Shown: one piece after another, positions 46,386 to 58,447 of the stretch
Position numbering within the stretch: the first letter of the stretch is position 1
How the letters are laid out: each line of letters opens with the position of its first letter
NCBI GenBank assembly: GCA_002269645.1
Contig: NIVC01001297.1
Coordinates: 97,103-161,102 of the forward strand
Source of the DNA: Macrostomum lignano
Lineage: Eukaryota
Length of the DNA stretch: 64,000 nucleotides
Reading direction: 5' to 3'
Made by a program: the position numbers and the translations under genes
Notes under the pieces: generated by a model
What the model saw: only the letters and a program-made list of their open reading frames with translations
What the model was told of the DNA's origin: nothing
The model's database searches: none

Positions 46386-47764
46386 AGCTGATGATGAAAG
46401 ACACTAGAGACAGAAGTTAAGATGGATGGGTCAGACATTAAGAAGTCGGCGGAATGCTCACTGTTACAGCAAAATCAACTAAAAATGCTCAGAATAAAGG
46501 CACGACAATTTTCACTAATAGAACAGAAAGGCAGTGATAAATAGGAAGGTAGAAAAGCTAAAGCTCCTCCACTCGCTCCTCCCATCCTACATCTTTTGAG
46601 TAGCTAAATTTAGCCAACCGACTGCGTCAGCATCAAGCTGCTCAAGGGAGGATTAAAGCGTGCAGCACTGTCTAGTGCTCACTGACTGTATCAGCTGGCC
46701 TATTTCACCGCTACAAATCTAAATGCCATCTACACATACGAATGCAATGCTTCCTGACTGACTGTTTACTAAAACACAAGAGTGCACAACGATTAATTGA
46801 AAGATTTATAATATTTTAGATTTATTAGAATACATACAAGCATACTAATGATAGGTTTGCGGTATTGCTACAGGTAAAGCAGCTTACTATAGTGTCATAT
46901 AAATGAAAGCAGAAGACTCCACAGCTTGCGCTTTTGATTCAATTGGTCAATAGATATACACAATATTAACAGGTAAGCAGGCGGTGACACGGACACAAAG
47001 ATTTCATATATTACAAGTACAAAACTACAAAGTACAAATTGACAAATATAGGCAGACGTCAGGTCAAGCGGAGGAGCCAACAAATACCTGTATATCCAGC
47101 AGACAGGCTAACCGGAATCGGCAATTTCAAATTCCCCAAAAATTCAATTATCTCTACTAAATCCTACATAATCTACATTTGCTGCCTATGCATTCAACAT
47201 ACTGAATATAAACCCAGCTTCTTTATCTCTAAAAGTATCTCAGCTTGCTAGTCCTTACAATCCTAATTATAAGGGAGCCGAGGCATAAAGCAGACAATTA
47301 TATTTATAACAAGGGAATGTTAAAGGAACTTGACTTACTCAAACTAAAACGAGGACAACTCAAAAACGCTGCAGCATTCAAGACTGAGGATAAATGGACA
47401 AAATTAATATCACCATTGTTATTATTATTATTATCATAATTATTATCATATTCCGAGTACAGTAAACTCAGACACACTGGTTTCTTTAAAGAAAGGAAAG
47501 CTATAGCCATATGAAAATACTACTTTGAATTGCTTAGGAACAGGTCGCATACTACGTAAGCTATACACTGACTATAATTAAATTACGCATATTAACAAAT
47601 ATATGAGTTCATATACTAATTAGCAAAAGCGCAAATAATACATACAGTACACGGGCCAGCTTACATATAATCCTTAGCATTATTTGCAGCATCAATAAGC
47701 AAAATAAGCCTTTCAAAGCATTTCTGTTAAAAATAATTAACACTTTTTCGCAAGTTGATGCTCT

Positions 47765-48740
47765 GTGAATTAGGGTGAGATTAGAGACCCATTGTCTGTG
47801 ACATTAGGGATGAGATTAGAGACCCATTTTCTGTGACATTAGGGATGAGATTAGAGACCCATTGTCTGTGACATTAGGGGTGAGATTAGAGACCCATTGT
47901 CTGTGACATTAGGGATGAGATTAGAGACCCATTTTCTGTGACATTAGGGATGAGATTAGAGACCCATTTTCTGTGACATTAGGGATGAGATTAGAGACCC
48001 ATTGTCTGTGACATTAGGGGTGAGATTAGAGACCCATTTTCTGTGACATTAGGGATGAGATTAGAGACCCATTTTCTGTGACATTAGGGATGAGATTAGA
48101 GACCCATTGTCTGTGACATTAGGGGTGAGATTAGAGACCCATTTTCTGTGGCATTAGGGGTGAGACTAGAGACCCATTTTGTGACACCAGGGGTGAGATT
48201 AGAGACCCATTTTCTGTGGCATTAGGGGTGAGATTAGAGACCCATTTTCTGTGACATTAGGGATGAGATTAGAGACCCATTGTCTGTGACATTAGGGGTG
48301 AGATTAGAGACCCATTTTCTGTGACATTAGGGATGAGATTAGAGACCCATTTTCTGTGACATTAGGGATGAGATTAGAGACCCATTGTCTGTGACATTAG
48401 GGGTGAGATTAGAGACCCATTTTCTGTGGCATTAGGGGTGAGACTAGAGACCCATTTTGTGACACCAGGGGTGAGATTAGAGACCCATTTTCTGTGGCAT
48501 TAGGGGTGAGATTAGAGACCCATTTTCTGTGGCATTAGGGGTGAGACTAGAGACCCATTTTGTGACACCAGGGGTGAGATTAGAGACCCATTTTCTGTGG
48601 CATTAGGGGTGAGATTAGAGACCCATTTTCTGTGACATTAGGGGTGAGACTAGAGACCCATTTTCTGTGAAATTAGGGGTGAGATTAGAGACCCATTTTC
48701 TGTGACATTAGGGGAGATAAGAGACCGATTTTGTGACACC
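47765..48740. repeat. Minisatellite, ~35-bp unit (TGTGACATTAGGG(A/G)TGAGATTAGAGACCCATTTTC)
   Basis: Visible tandem units. Confidence 0.92.
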
Positions 48741-49650
48741 AGAAATAAGATTAGAGACGAATATTCTGCGATCTTAAGATGATATTAAATGACGGTACCC
48801 AACACGGTAAAAGATTGGTTTTTTAAAGCTAAAAAAGTAGCTCTATTCGAATCTTCATAATGTTAAATGATCAAACGAGGAAAAGAAAGAGCAGGGCACC
48901 CGCCTAAGCATGCCTAAATATCTAGTAGAACAATGTACAGATTATCTTGTTCCCTCGCCATATACTAACTCTCTCTCACCGGCTAATCCCTAAAGTGGTT
49001 TATAAACAATGCATCAAGTGCCAGTATTACTATACAAACAAGTTTACAAGACAGGGATATGAAAAGTTTATTCCAATACAACATAGGAAAATAGTTACTA
49101 ACCAAGAATGATAGAAAAAAGATTCTTGAAAAAAAAATTTGTTTAAATCTTTTCAGCTGTCAGAAGCAAAAATTCAAATTGGAGTACAATTAATGAACAG
49201 TGTTAGGCCTGGGAAGGTGCTGGCTGGACTCAAATTGGAAAACCTGCACGGGCACGCAAAAGTGAGTGGAAATAGAGAAAGAAAAGGAGACAGGGCAGAT
49301 CCAGCAAGCAGGTAAACAGCATAGATAACAGGGCGCACTCAGATAATAAAAGTATGTGCTGACTAGGGCTTGAATTTATTTAGCCAACACAGGCTTTTAT
49401 TTGGCTTTGGTAAAGCTCCTCAAGTCTTTAGCGACTAGCTATTCTCGGTCAGGTCAGGGGTATACAGTGTCATAATCTTCACCTTTAAAGTATGTCTTAT
49501 TATATTTTCTAAGGACCCAATATCCCACACCCGCGGTCACCATCATCGAACCGTTGTACACCCTGTGTGAGCGTCTGGTGAACAGGCCAATAGAGAATAT
49601 CGTTGGGAAGGGGGTTCAGTTAAACGCTCTTCAAGACTTAAGTGAGATTC

Positions 49651-49939
49651 TCAACTGCTATTGCTGGTCGGGCTGTCGCTATTGTTGTCGGACTCAACGG
49701 CGGAGGCTTCGGCAACTGGCCGGAGGGCGTCCAGCTCCGAGTACAAGAAGCTGCGCAGCCGTTCTAGGTACTGAGGAAACATTTCAATATCGTTGTGGCC
49801 AGCGCCCACAACCCACAGCGGGTCCACTGGCTTTGGCAAGCGTTCGTAGATTGTCAGGCCGTGAGCGAAGTCAATCACTTCATCGTCTGTGCCGTGGATC
49901 ACTAGGCAGGGCGACTGGATCCGAGGCGCCTTCTCGATG
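49651..49939 (-). CDS. ABHD17: Alpha/beta-hydrolase ABHD17 (depalmitoylase), exon 3
   Basis: [11 protein letters not shown] (catalytic Asp) and GAGHND (catalytic His); phase-2 acceptor GAGCAG|C. Confidence 0.93.
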
Positions 49940-50009
49940 CTGCTCAAATGGTTATTGTTATAGCGGCTGGGTTGCAGACAGCGGGCACAGGTGGTCAGAG
50001 TTAGGTTCG

Positions 50010-50515
50010 TTCACCATGTCTAATCACTGCTCATTCACCATGTCTAATCACTGCTCATTCACCATGTCTAATCACTGCTCATTCACCATGTCTGATCACT
50101 GCTCATTCACCATGTCTGATCACTGCTCATTCACCATGTCTAATCACTGCTCATTCACCATGTCTGATCACTGCTCATTCACCATGTCTAATCACTGCTC
50201 ATTCACCATGTCTAATCACTGCTCATTCACCATGTCTGATCACTGCTCATTCACCATGTCTAATCACTGCTCATTCACCATGTCTAATCACTGCTCATTC
50301 ACCATGTCTGATCACTGCTCATTCACCATGTCTAATCACTGCTCATTCATCATGTCTGATCACTGCTCATTCACCATGTCTAATCACTGCTCATTCACCA
50401 TGTCTAATCACTGCTCATTCATCATGTCTGATCACTGCTCATTCACCATGTCTAATCACTGCTCATTCACCATGTCTAATCACTGCTCATTCATCATGTC
50501 TAATCACTGCTCATT
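50010..50515. repeat. Minisatellite, 24-bp unit (CACCATGTCTAATCACTGCTCATT), ABHD17 intron 2
   Basis: Visible tandem units. Confidence 0.9.
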
Positions 50516-50559
50516 CACAATTTTCACTTCAATCACTTCTCATTCACTATTTACAATCC

Positions 50560-51105
50560 GGTCACTGCTCACTCGCAATGATCAATCACACTGCTCACTC
50601 GCAATGATCAATCAAACTGCTCACTCGCAATGATCAATCACACTGCTCACTCACAATGATCAATCACACTGCTCACTCACAATGATCAATCACACTGCTC
50701 ACTCACAATGATCAATCACACTGCTCAATCACAATGATTAATCACACTGCTCACTCACAATGATCAATCACACTGCTCACTCACAATGATCAATCACACT
50801 GCTCACTCACAATGATCAATCACACTGCTTACTCACAATGATCAATCACACTGCTCACTCACAATGATCAATCACATTGCTCACTCACAATGATCAATCA
50901 CACTGCTCACTCGCAATGATCAATCACACTGCTCACTCGCAATGATAAAACCAGACTGCTCACTCACAATGATCAATCACACTGCTCACTCGCAATGATC
51001 AATCAAACTGCTCACTCGCAATGATCAATCACACTGCTCACTCACAATGATCAATCACACTGCTCACTCACAATGATCAAATCACACTGCTCACTCACAA
51101 TCAGC
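50560..51105. repeat. Minisatellite, 26-bp unit (CACTGCTCACTCACAATGATCAATCA), abutting the ABHD17 exon 2 donor
   Basis: Visible tandem units. Confidence 0.9.
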
Positions 51106-51112
51106 CACTCAC

Positions 51113-51558
51113 TTAGGAAACGGATCGAAGAACCAGGTTCGCTGAGTCTCTGGAAAGGCAACCCGCATGCCGGACATTAGCGGGCTGTGCAATATAACTC
51201 CGGCCACTTTATACCGGGCAGCCAAGTCAACAGTTGGCACAGTGCCAATGGACTGGCCGTACAATATAATACTCTCGGGCTGCAGTTTGTACCGGGTGAG
51301 CAGCTGGTTCCAGGCGCACTCCATATCGGCGTACAGATTCTTTTCCAGCGGCCGGCCAGTGCTGGCGCCGTAGCCGGAATAATCGTAGCCGAACACATTG
51401 ACATTGAGCCGACGGCCCAAGCCAATAAAGAAGCTGCTCATCTGGCCCAGATCGACTGCGTTGCCGTGTGAGAATAGCAGGGTGAATCGGGAGCGAGGAT
51501 TCACTTTGGCCATCATGCAGGCGATGTTGTTGCCGCGAGCGGTCGGGGCCAGGAATAC
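51113..51558 (-). CDS. ABHD17: ABHD17 exon 2
   Basis: [14 protein letters not shown]...YDYSGYG...KNLYAD...YGQSIGT (catalytic Ser); ACGCAG| acceptor and AA|GTGAGT donor. Confidence 0.95.
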
Positions 51559-51644
51559 CTGCGTTGTGTTCAGTCATGGGTGAGGGCAACAGTAGTACAG
51601 CATGCACTTTAGGCGTTGCTATTTAAAATTTGTTAGACACGATC

Positions 51645-52110
51645 AATAAAGCTATCTGTCAGACAGTAAAAATACCTGTTAGACAATAAAGCTACCTGTT
51701 AGATAATAAAGCTACCTGTCAGACAATAAAGCTACCTGTTAGTTAGACAATAAAGCTACCTGTTAGACAATAAAGCTACCTGTTAGATAATAAAGCTACC
51801 TGTCAGACAATAAAGCTACCTGTTAGTTAGACAATAAAGCTACCTGTTAGACAATAAAGCTACCTGTTAGACAATAAAGCTACCTGTTAGACAATAAAGC
51901 TACCTGTTAGACAATAAAGCTACCTGTTAGACAATAAAGCTACCTGTTAGACCATAAAGCTACCTGTTAGACAATAAAGCTACCTGTCAGACAATAAAGC
52001 TACCTGTCAGACAATAAAGCTACTTGTTAGACAATAAAGCTACCTGTTAGACAATAAAGCTACCTGTTAGACCATAAAGCTACCTGTTAGACCATAAAGC
52101 TACCTGTTAG
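51645..52110. repeat. Minisatellite, 20-bp unit (ACAATAAAGCTACCTGTTAG), ABHD17 intron 1
   Basis: Visible tandem units. Confidence 0.9.
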
Positions 52111-52136
52111 ATAGCTCAGCAAAACGAGCCGCTCAC

Positions 52137-52328
52137 CTCTAGGCTAGCCTTATCAGGATCGCTAAACTGAAACTCAGCCCGTTCGCTGAGGTGCAGCCGC
52201 AGGTCAGGCGAGTCGCCGTCAGCAATAATTGAATAGGTGGGCTCCGGCGGCAGGAAGGCCAGCTTAGCCGCGATGCGGGAAGGCAGCGGAGGCCAGCAGA
52301 ACAGGCGGAACAGATCGGCGCAAGACAT
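52137..52328 (-). CDS. ABHD17: ABHD17 exon 1
   Basis: MSCADLFRLFCWPPLPSRIAAKLAFLPPEPTY...LHLSERAE; donor GAG|GTGAGC; total 308 aa. Confidence 0.92.
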
Positions 52329-52533
52329 GACAACAAATTCTGGCGGCAAGTCGAAATTGGGAAAACTGCGCCCAACTGATATTTTTTAAATTTTAAATGC
52401 CGGTTATTAGTGAACGCACAGGAACGCTCGGGGTCTCTGACTAACTGACGCTGACCGCCAGGTGCAAGGAGCGAAGATCGAACTGTAATAATTTTAGACA
52501 GGCGGGATGTCAACAGATTAAACTTATTAAGAT

Positions 52534-53055
52534 CATAGGCGTACGAACGTTTTAAAAAGTGGGGGGGGGCAGGTTCAGTGACGGATTTAGGGGGGGGGGG
52601 GCAGGTTCAGTGACGGATTTAGGGGGGGGGGCGCACAAGGCGCACGTCCTTGTCGAGTTAGATTTTTTTATATGGAAAATGCACATTATCATGTACCGAT
52701 TATTTTCAGAATCCATCTTGTCAGCACTCATTTGATAAAGCGCCGTAGGCACTCATTTTAGCGCCGCAGGCACCCATTTTTGCACCGCCGGCACTCATTT
52801 TAGCACCGCCGGCACTCATTTTAGCTCCACAGGCACTCATTTTAGCGCCACAGGCACGCATTTTAGCGCCGCAGGCACTAAAATGTTTTGTCGCCCTGCA
52901 GCAAAATGCATTCATGCAAAGCAGCAAAAACCAAAAATAAGCAAGAAGTCTACATTTTACATTTAAAATGTGGAGGGGAGATACCATTACTGGCCCCCAT
53001 TTTAAAAAGTGGGGGGCCATGGCCCCACTGCCCCCCCCCCGTTCCTACGCCTATG
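52534..53055. mobile_element. MITE with CATAGGCGTA(C/G)GAAC TIRs and the same 21-bp internal module as 910-1491 (inverted)
   Basis: 15-bp TIR with 1 mismatch; flanked by AT on both sides (possible 2-bp TSD). Confidence 0.75.
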
Positions 53056-54038
53056 ATTAATATTATCCTTCTAGCTGAATGCAACATAGTTTTCCACGCA
53101 AATGTGACATACATGATTGGATGCCTAATATGAGAAATGTTGAAAAAAACAAAGAAAAATTATTTTTGGTTCTTCACAAGGTCATTTTGTTCTTCTAATA
53201 TACTTTAATGATGATATTATTAAAAATAATATATATCCAAGTGTTGGGTTTCAACCTTTTGGTTTCCAAAGAATAGGAATGTATCTAAACATCAATAGGG
53301 CCCTATGCTTATATTGAAGAATATTAGGTATATAACTAGCAACCAGCGCCCCCCTGTTGGGGAGCCCAGCAGTCCCTTGTAAGCCTTGACATGTCAGCAA
53401 TTCCCCTCCACAAGCCTTAACATATCAACTTCCCCCTTGACATCTCAGCGATGCCCCCCATAAGCCTTGAAATCTTAAAAAATCTGTCAACCTTCTAACC
53501 CTAACCCTAGCTCTAACCCTTACCCTAAAGCATTGACATTTCAGTAATTCTCACCAAGAGTCATTATAGCACTACAGCATTATAGCGATTCCCTGCAAGC
53601 CTCGACATCGTAGGGATTCCCAAATGAATCTCTCAACTTCGACATGACGCTTCTTTTATTTTTACATGACGCTTTTTGTATAAACGACCCCCGTGAGGGG
53701 CCAACAAATATTAATGTAAAAAAGTTTTGAATAAACTACATGTAGCTTCTGACTTTAGCCTTGACATCTCAGTTATTCCCCCATGAGCCTTGACATCTCA
53801 GCTATTCCCCGTAAGCTTTGACATCAATAGTATTCGCCCCAAGATTCACAGCACACAGTTTCATGTGAAGTTTTTTACATGACACTTCTTTTATGTCTGA
53901 CATGACACTTCTTTTATGTCTGACATGACGCTTCTTTTGTCAAGGCTTTATTATACTTTTGAATAAACTACATATTTAAACTACAGCTTCTCTTTGCAAT
54001 AACCTCAACAATCTCTTGTGAGTCTTGACACCTCAGCT

Positions 54039-56477
54039 TTGCATGCACTTGTGTTTGATCCATCTGCTAAGAATTTAGTCTATTTAGTCTATGGTTGAAA
54101 CCATATATATGATAATTGGTGCAAGCTCAAGAAGAGCCTCTGCCCTTCTTTTATTCTTGAGCAAATAACGTTATACGCCCGCTGGCATCTTCACGTCAAG
54201 CAACTGATCTCGTGTCTGTTTCTACGGTGTCCCAAACAAAACATGGCGACGAGGATGGGATTTGAGCGTCTTTGAGCGTCTTGAGCGCAGGGATAACATA
54301 CCCAGTCAAGAATCCTCCAATTGTTCCAGTTCTAAAGCAGGAGGGATCTGCCAGACCCATTCGCTTATGTGGAGATTATTCTCTCACCTTGAATCGCATC
54401 ATTGATGCCGACAAGTACAAGTGCCAGAGCCGAAAGACAAGGACCAACTGCGTAGCGTATTGTGCACCTTCAGACATTATGGCGTGTTCTGCAAAAATTT
54501 CTCACTGATTGCACGGCCTCTGTACACACTTCTGAAGAAAGGAGTACACTGGTGTTGGAAGAATGAGCATTCAGCTGCATTTGAGAATCTGAGGACCATG
54601 ATTGCCGGAGGAGCCATTACAGCGTACGACATGAGGAAGCCGTTGTACTTAACATGTGACGCCTCGAAGGATGGCTTGGGCTACGTCCTGTCCCATGACA
54701 GAGCACAAAGGCAAGTGGTTTGGCTCGGTAGTCGGGTACTGACTCCAGCTGAAAGCAACTACGCAAACATCGAGAGGGAGGCATTGGCTATTGTGGAAGG
54801 CGTAAAATATTTCCACCAATTTCTCACTGGCCGCAAGTTCACCATCGTCTCAGACCATCGTCCGCTCCAATTCATATTCAATCAGAACAAAGTGTCAGAG
54901 AGTGTCCGCTAGACTGCAACGTTGGGCACTCCTGCTGCGAGCGTATGACTACGAGATTGTCTATGCCAAGGGTGACACTATGCATGCCGTGGACACATTG
55001 TCAAGACTTCCACTAGCAGGACAGCAAAAGGGTGCGAGGATCAACCTGCTTGATGTTAATGCACTGGATGGATTCTGGAATTCAGAGCAACTGTTGAATC
55101 GAATCGCACGTACCAACGACTCCAAACTGAATCTGCTCAAGACGTACATACAAAAGGAATGGCCTTCCTACATTCCGTCAACAATGTTGCCCTATTCTCG
55201 AGGAAAATGGGAATACTAGCTTAAGGACCGAGATCCTACAAATGCTGCACGAAGATCATCCCAGGATTGTGAGAATGCTACGCCTAGCACGGCAATACTT
55301 CTGGTGGCCCGAGATAGACGCACAAGTTAATGCGTTCGTACAACGATGTGTACAATGTCAGCTTCACGCCAGAAAGAGAGTCAATGCTAACTTGTTCTCG
55401 TGGTCGGACGCGCAGAATTTCTTTGAAAGAGTTCACGTTGATATTGCAACATTTAAAGGTCGCAGACTTCCGGTTAATGTCGACGCCTTTTCAAAATGGG
55501 TCGACGTCCAACATGTGAACTCAATGACGGCTTCATCAATTGTTGCCAAACATTCAAGTACACTGGATTACCGAAGTCCATAGTCACGGATAACTGTGGA
55601 TCGTTCGTTGCTGAGGAGTTCTCCAAGTTTCTGAAAGACAATGGTGTCGAACGCGTCTGCACACCCCCAGGACACCATCAGTCCAATGACCAGGTCGAGA
55701 AGGTCATAGAAGAACTGAAGTTTTATCTGCGTAAGATGAAAGCCAACGCGGACCTCTCTGCCTTAGATCGGCACATTGCGGGATTTTGTCTCTTCCAGAA
55801 CACTACACCTCATTGCAACGGATCAATACCAGCTCTACTGATCTTTCAGCAGTTGCCAAGGACACGTTTGTCCGCCACTTGCACTGAGTGGTCGAGGCCA
55901 AGTCAGCAGCCAACTCCCGTGTTCATTTGAGTGGAGCACAAGGAGGAGCGTTTCCCTACTGAGCTGAAGTTTGCCGTTGGTTCTAATACATTTAGGGAGG
56001 CACAGGGCAGACTCGTTCATTGGTCAGACATTCAAGCTTATACGGACCAGCTACTGGTGGCTGATTCGAAGCCCCAGATTCAAAACTTACAGAGGTCAAT
56101 CCAGCCCTCAGTGAGACCGTCACTACACCACCCAATACCACCAGTCAGATCCAGTTAGGACCATTGCCATCCGGCGCCCAAGAACTCCATTGGAGTGTAC
56201 GGGTTAGTCGACCACCTGATCGGCTTGTCTACAAGTGATTCTTTACAATGCATGACAGTCTTCTTTTGGCATTGGTGGGGTGTTACATATTTGCATGCAC
56301 TTGTGTTTGATCCATCTGCTAAGAATTTAGTCTATGGTTGAAACCATATATATGATAATTGGTGCCAGCTCAAGAAGAGCCTCTACCCTTCTTTTATTCT
56401 TGAGAAAATAGCCTGCTGGCATCTTCACGTCAAGCAATGGATCTCGTGTCTATTTCTATGGTGTCCCAAACAAAACA
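54039..56477 (+). mobile_element. Internally deleted Ty3/Gypsy (Mag-like) LTR retrotransposon
   Basis: LTRs 54039-54243 (first ~10 bp missing) and 56281-56477 (TG...CA); PBS TGGCGACGAGGATGGGATT at 54244; flanking AGCT duplication. Confidence 0.88.
54290..55930 (+). pseudogene. Disrupted pol: RT start, RT core deleted, RNase H, integrase
   Basis: PIVPVLK...IRLCGDY; CDASKDGLG...IEREALAIV...SDHRPL; LHEDH...WWP...CVQC; ERVHVD; IVTDN; several frameshifts and stops; no gag, protease or YxDD. Confidence 0.85.
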
Positions 56478-58148
56478 AGCTATTCCCCTCGCAAGTCTTG
56501 ACATCTCAGCAATGCCCCCCATAAACCTTGCAATCTGAAAAATCCCCTGTCAACCTTGAAAACTAAACTGTAACCTGAAACCCAAACCTGATATAAACCT
56601 AACCCTAAAGCCATGACATATTAGCAATTCTTCTCCCCTAAGCCTTGACATTTTAGTGATTCCTCCCCAAGAATCACAGCACTATAGCAATTCCCTCCAA
56701 GCCTTGACATTGTAGCAATTCCCAAATGAATCTTTTAACTTCGAAATGACTCTTATTTTATGTCTACATAATGCTTCTTTTCTTTTTTACATTACACTTC
56801 TTCTATCAGCGCCCACCCCCTATGGTGAGCCAACAAAGAATGTAAAAAAAAATTAAGTAAACTGCATTTAGCTTCTGACTTTTGCCTTGACATCTCAGAA
56901 ATCCATATGAATATTAATAGTCCACTTTGAAACAAATGATAGTTACTACAATAATATTTTTTTGATATGCTACAAAAGAGAAATATAAAAGAACTATTAG
57001 GAAAGACAGACAAGACATAAATTGCTAAAATATATACTTGCACACTTTAACAAAAATTGAATTTGATCTATGTTTAATCGATCTATTATAATTATTAGGT
57101 GGGCCAGATACTAAGGAACACTTTGGGATTGCATGTATAAAATTAAAAATATTTTTAATACAATTTACAAAACTTATATTGGCATATAAATAGTACCTTT
57201 AACTTTTAAGACCCTTTTTAGATTGTATATTATATTAGAATTGAAATGCATATCATCTAAATCATTAATTTTTATATTTACATGTTGTAATTGCAATTTT
57301 ATGGCTTTTTGAGTGATTTTTGAAAAAGAAAGATTTTTTGAGTAGATTTAAACAACTTTCAAGCTTTAATTTAAACAAAAAATGCTATAAAACCTATATA
57401 TATAATATAGGAGATGATGCTATAAATGGCCATTAGTGTGGACAATGTTTAGTGCAGATAGGCCCCTAGTAGTACAGGCAGAGTCTAGCTCTAGCACACT
57501 AGCACAATCTGGTATAGGAAAGGGGATGTCTAGCACAATTCAGACCTTGGCTGCAATAAAGCTTATGATTTGTGGAAAAATCAATTAGATTTTTTTAAAA
57601 GGTAATTTAGACCAATATTGACTTAGTAAGCTAGCATTGCATTATAAATTGCAGAACCTTATGGGAGAATATTTAATTTTATCTGCTTATTAAGCTCCTT
57701 TTCAATAAAGCACAAATGATTCCCATGGCTCCTTTTCTAAGTATAATATGAGCAATAATATGCCATTTATAATGTTCTATGAACTATATGAACCATGGTA
57801 TATAGTCTTAGTACTTCTAAATATACTTTAAATACTAAAGGGAATTCAGACTTGGCAACCACTTAGTGGTCTACTAAAGGCAATGAGTGAAATAAATGGA
57901 CTATATTTATACTGAACTATATAAGAAGCTGAAATAAAAGGAGTGTCCAAAAATATTGATATTTTTTCTCATATTGCTTTATTGCAAACTTGAAAATCAA
58001 TGAATTTGGTGTCATTGGATAGCAAAAAGTATTAGCTTCAATATGTCAAAAAATCATCCTAATGTTGTTTTTTAAAGTTATCACTGTCTTTTTGAGCCAG
58101 GATAGCCTAGGCCTATAGACTTACAAAACTATATCTATTCAACCCTGT

Positions 58149-58447
58149 CATATATGCGCAACCCCCAAATTTTGGTCAGCCGTGCGACTTAGTTTTAACA
58201 AAAATGCGATGTACTTTTTGGCCAAAAATGCAACTTATATGTAAAAAAAACCCTAGAACAAAATTAACGCAACTTTGGGTAAACGGCAGGAGTAACTATA
58301 ACTGTCTTATTAAGCAAAAATTCCTTATCAGCTACTTAGTACTACTACTTGGGTGTTTTTTTAGGTGGGCATTTTTGCGACTTCTTTGGTTGGCCACCAA
58401 ATTGGTCAGCCAGATCGGCCAACTCGGCCGACTGTTGCACATGTATG
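58149..58447. mobile_element. hAT-type MITE, inverted copy of 3464-3767
   Basis: TIRs CATATATGCGCAAC/GTTGCACATGTATG; perfect 8-bp TSD AACCCTGT. Confidence 0.9.

Larger units (their letters stand above)
53380..56900. repeat. Duplicated ~400-bp repeat (TTGACAT.TCAG motifs, short CCCTAA runs) hosting the LTR element
   Basis: 53380-53760 resembles 56480-56890 block for block. Confidence 0.55.

Noticed and set aside
49554-50633. 359-aa plus-strand ORF
   Set aside because: Antisense of ABHD17 exon 3 plus the 24-bp array
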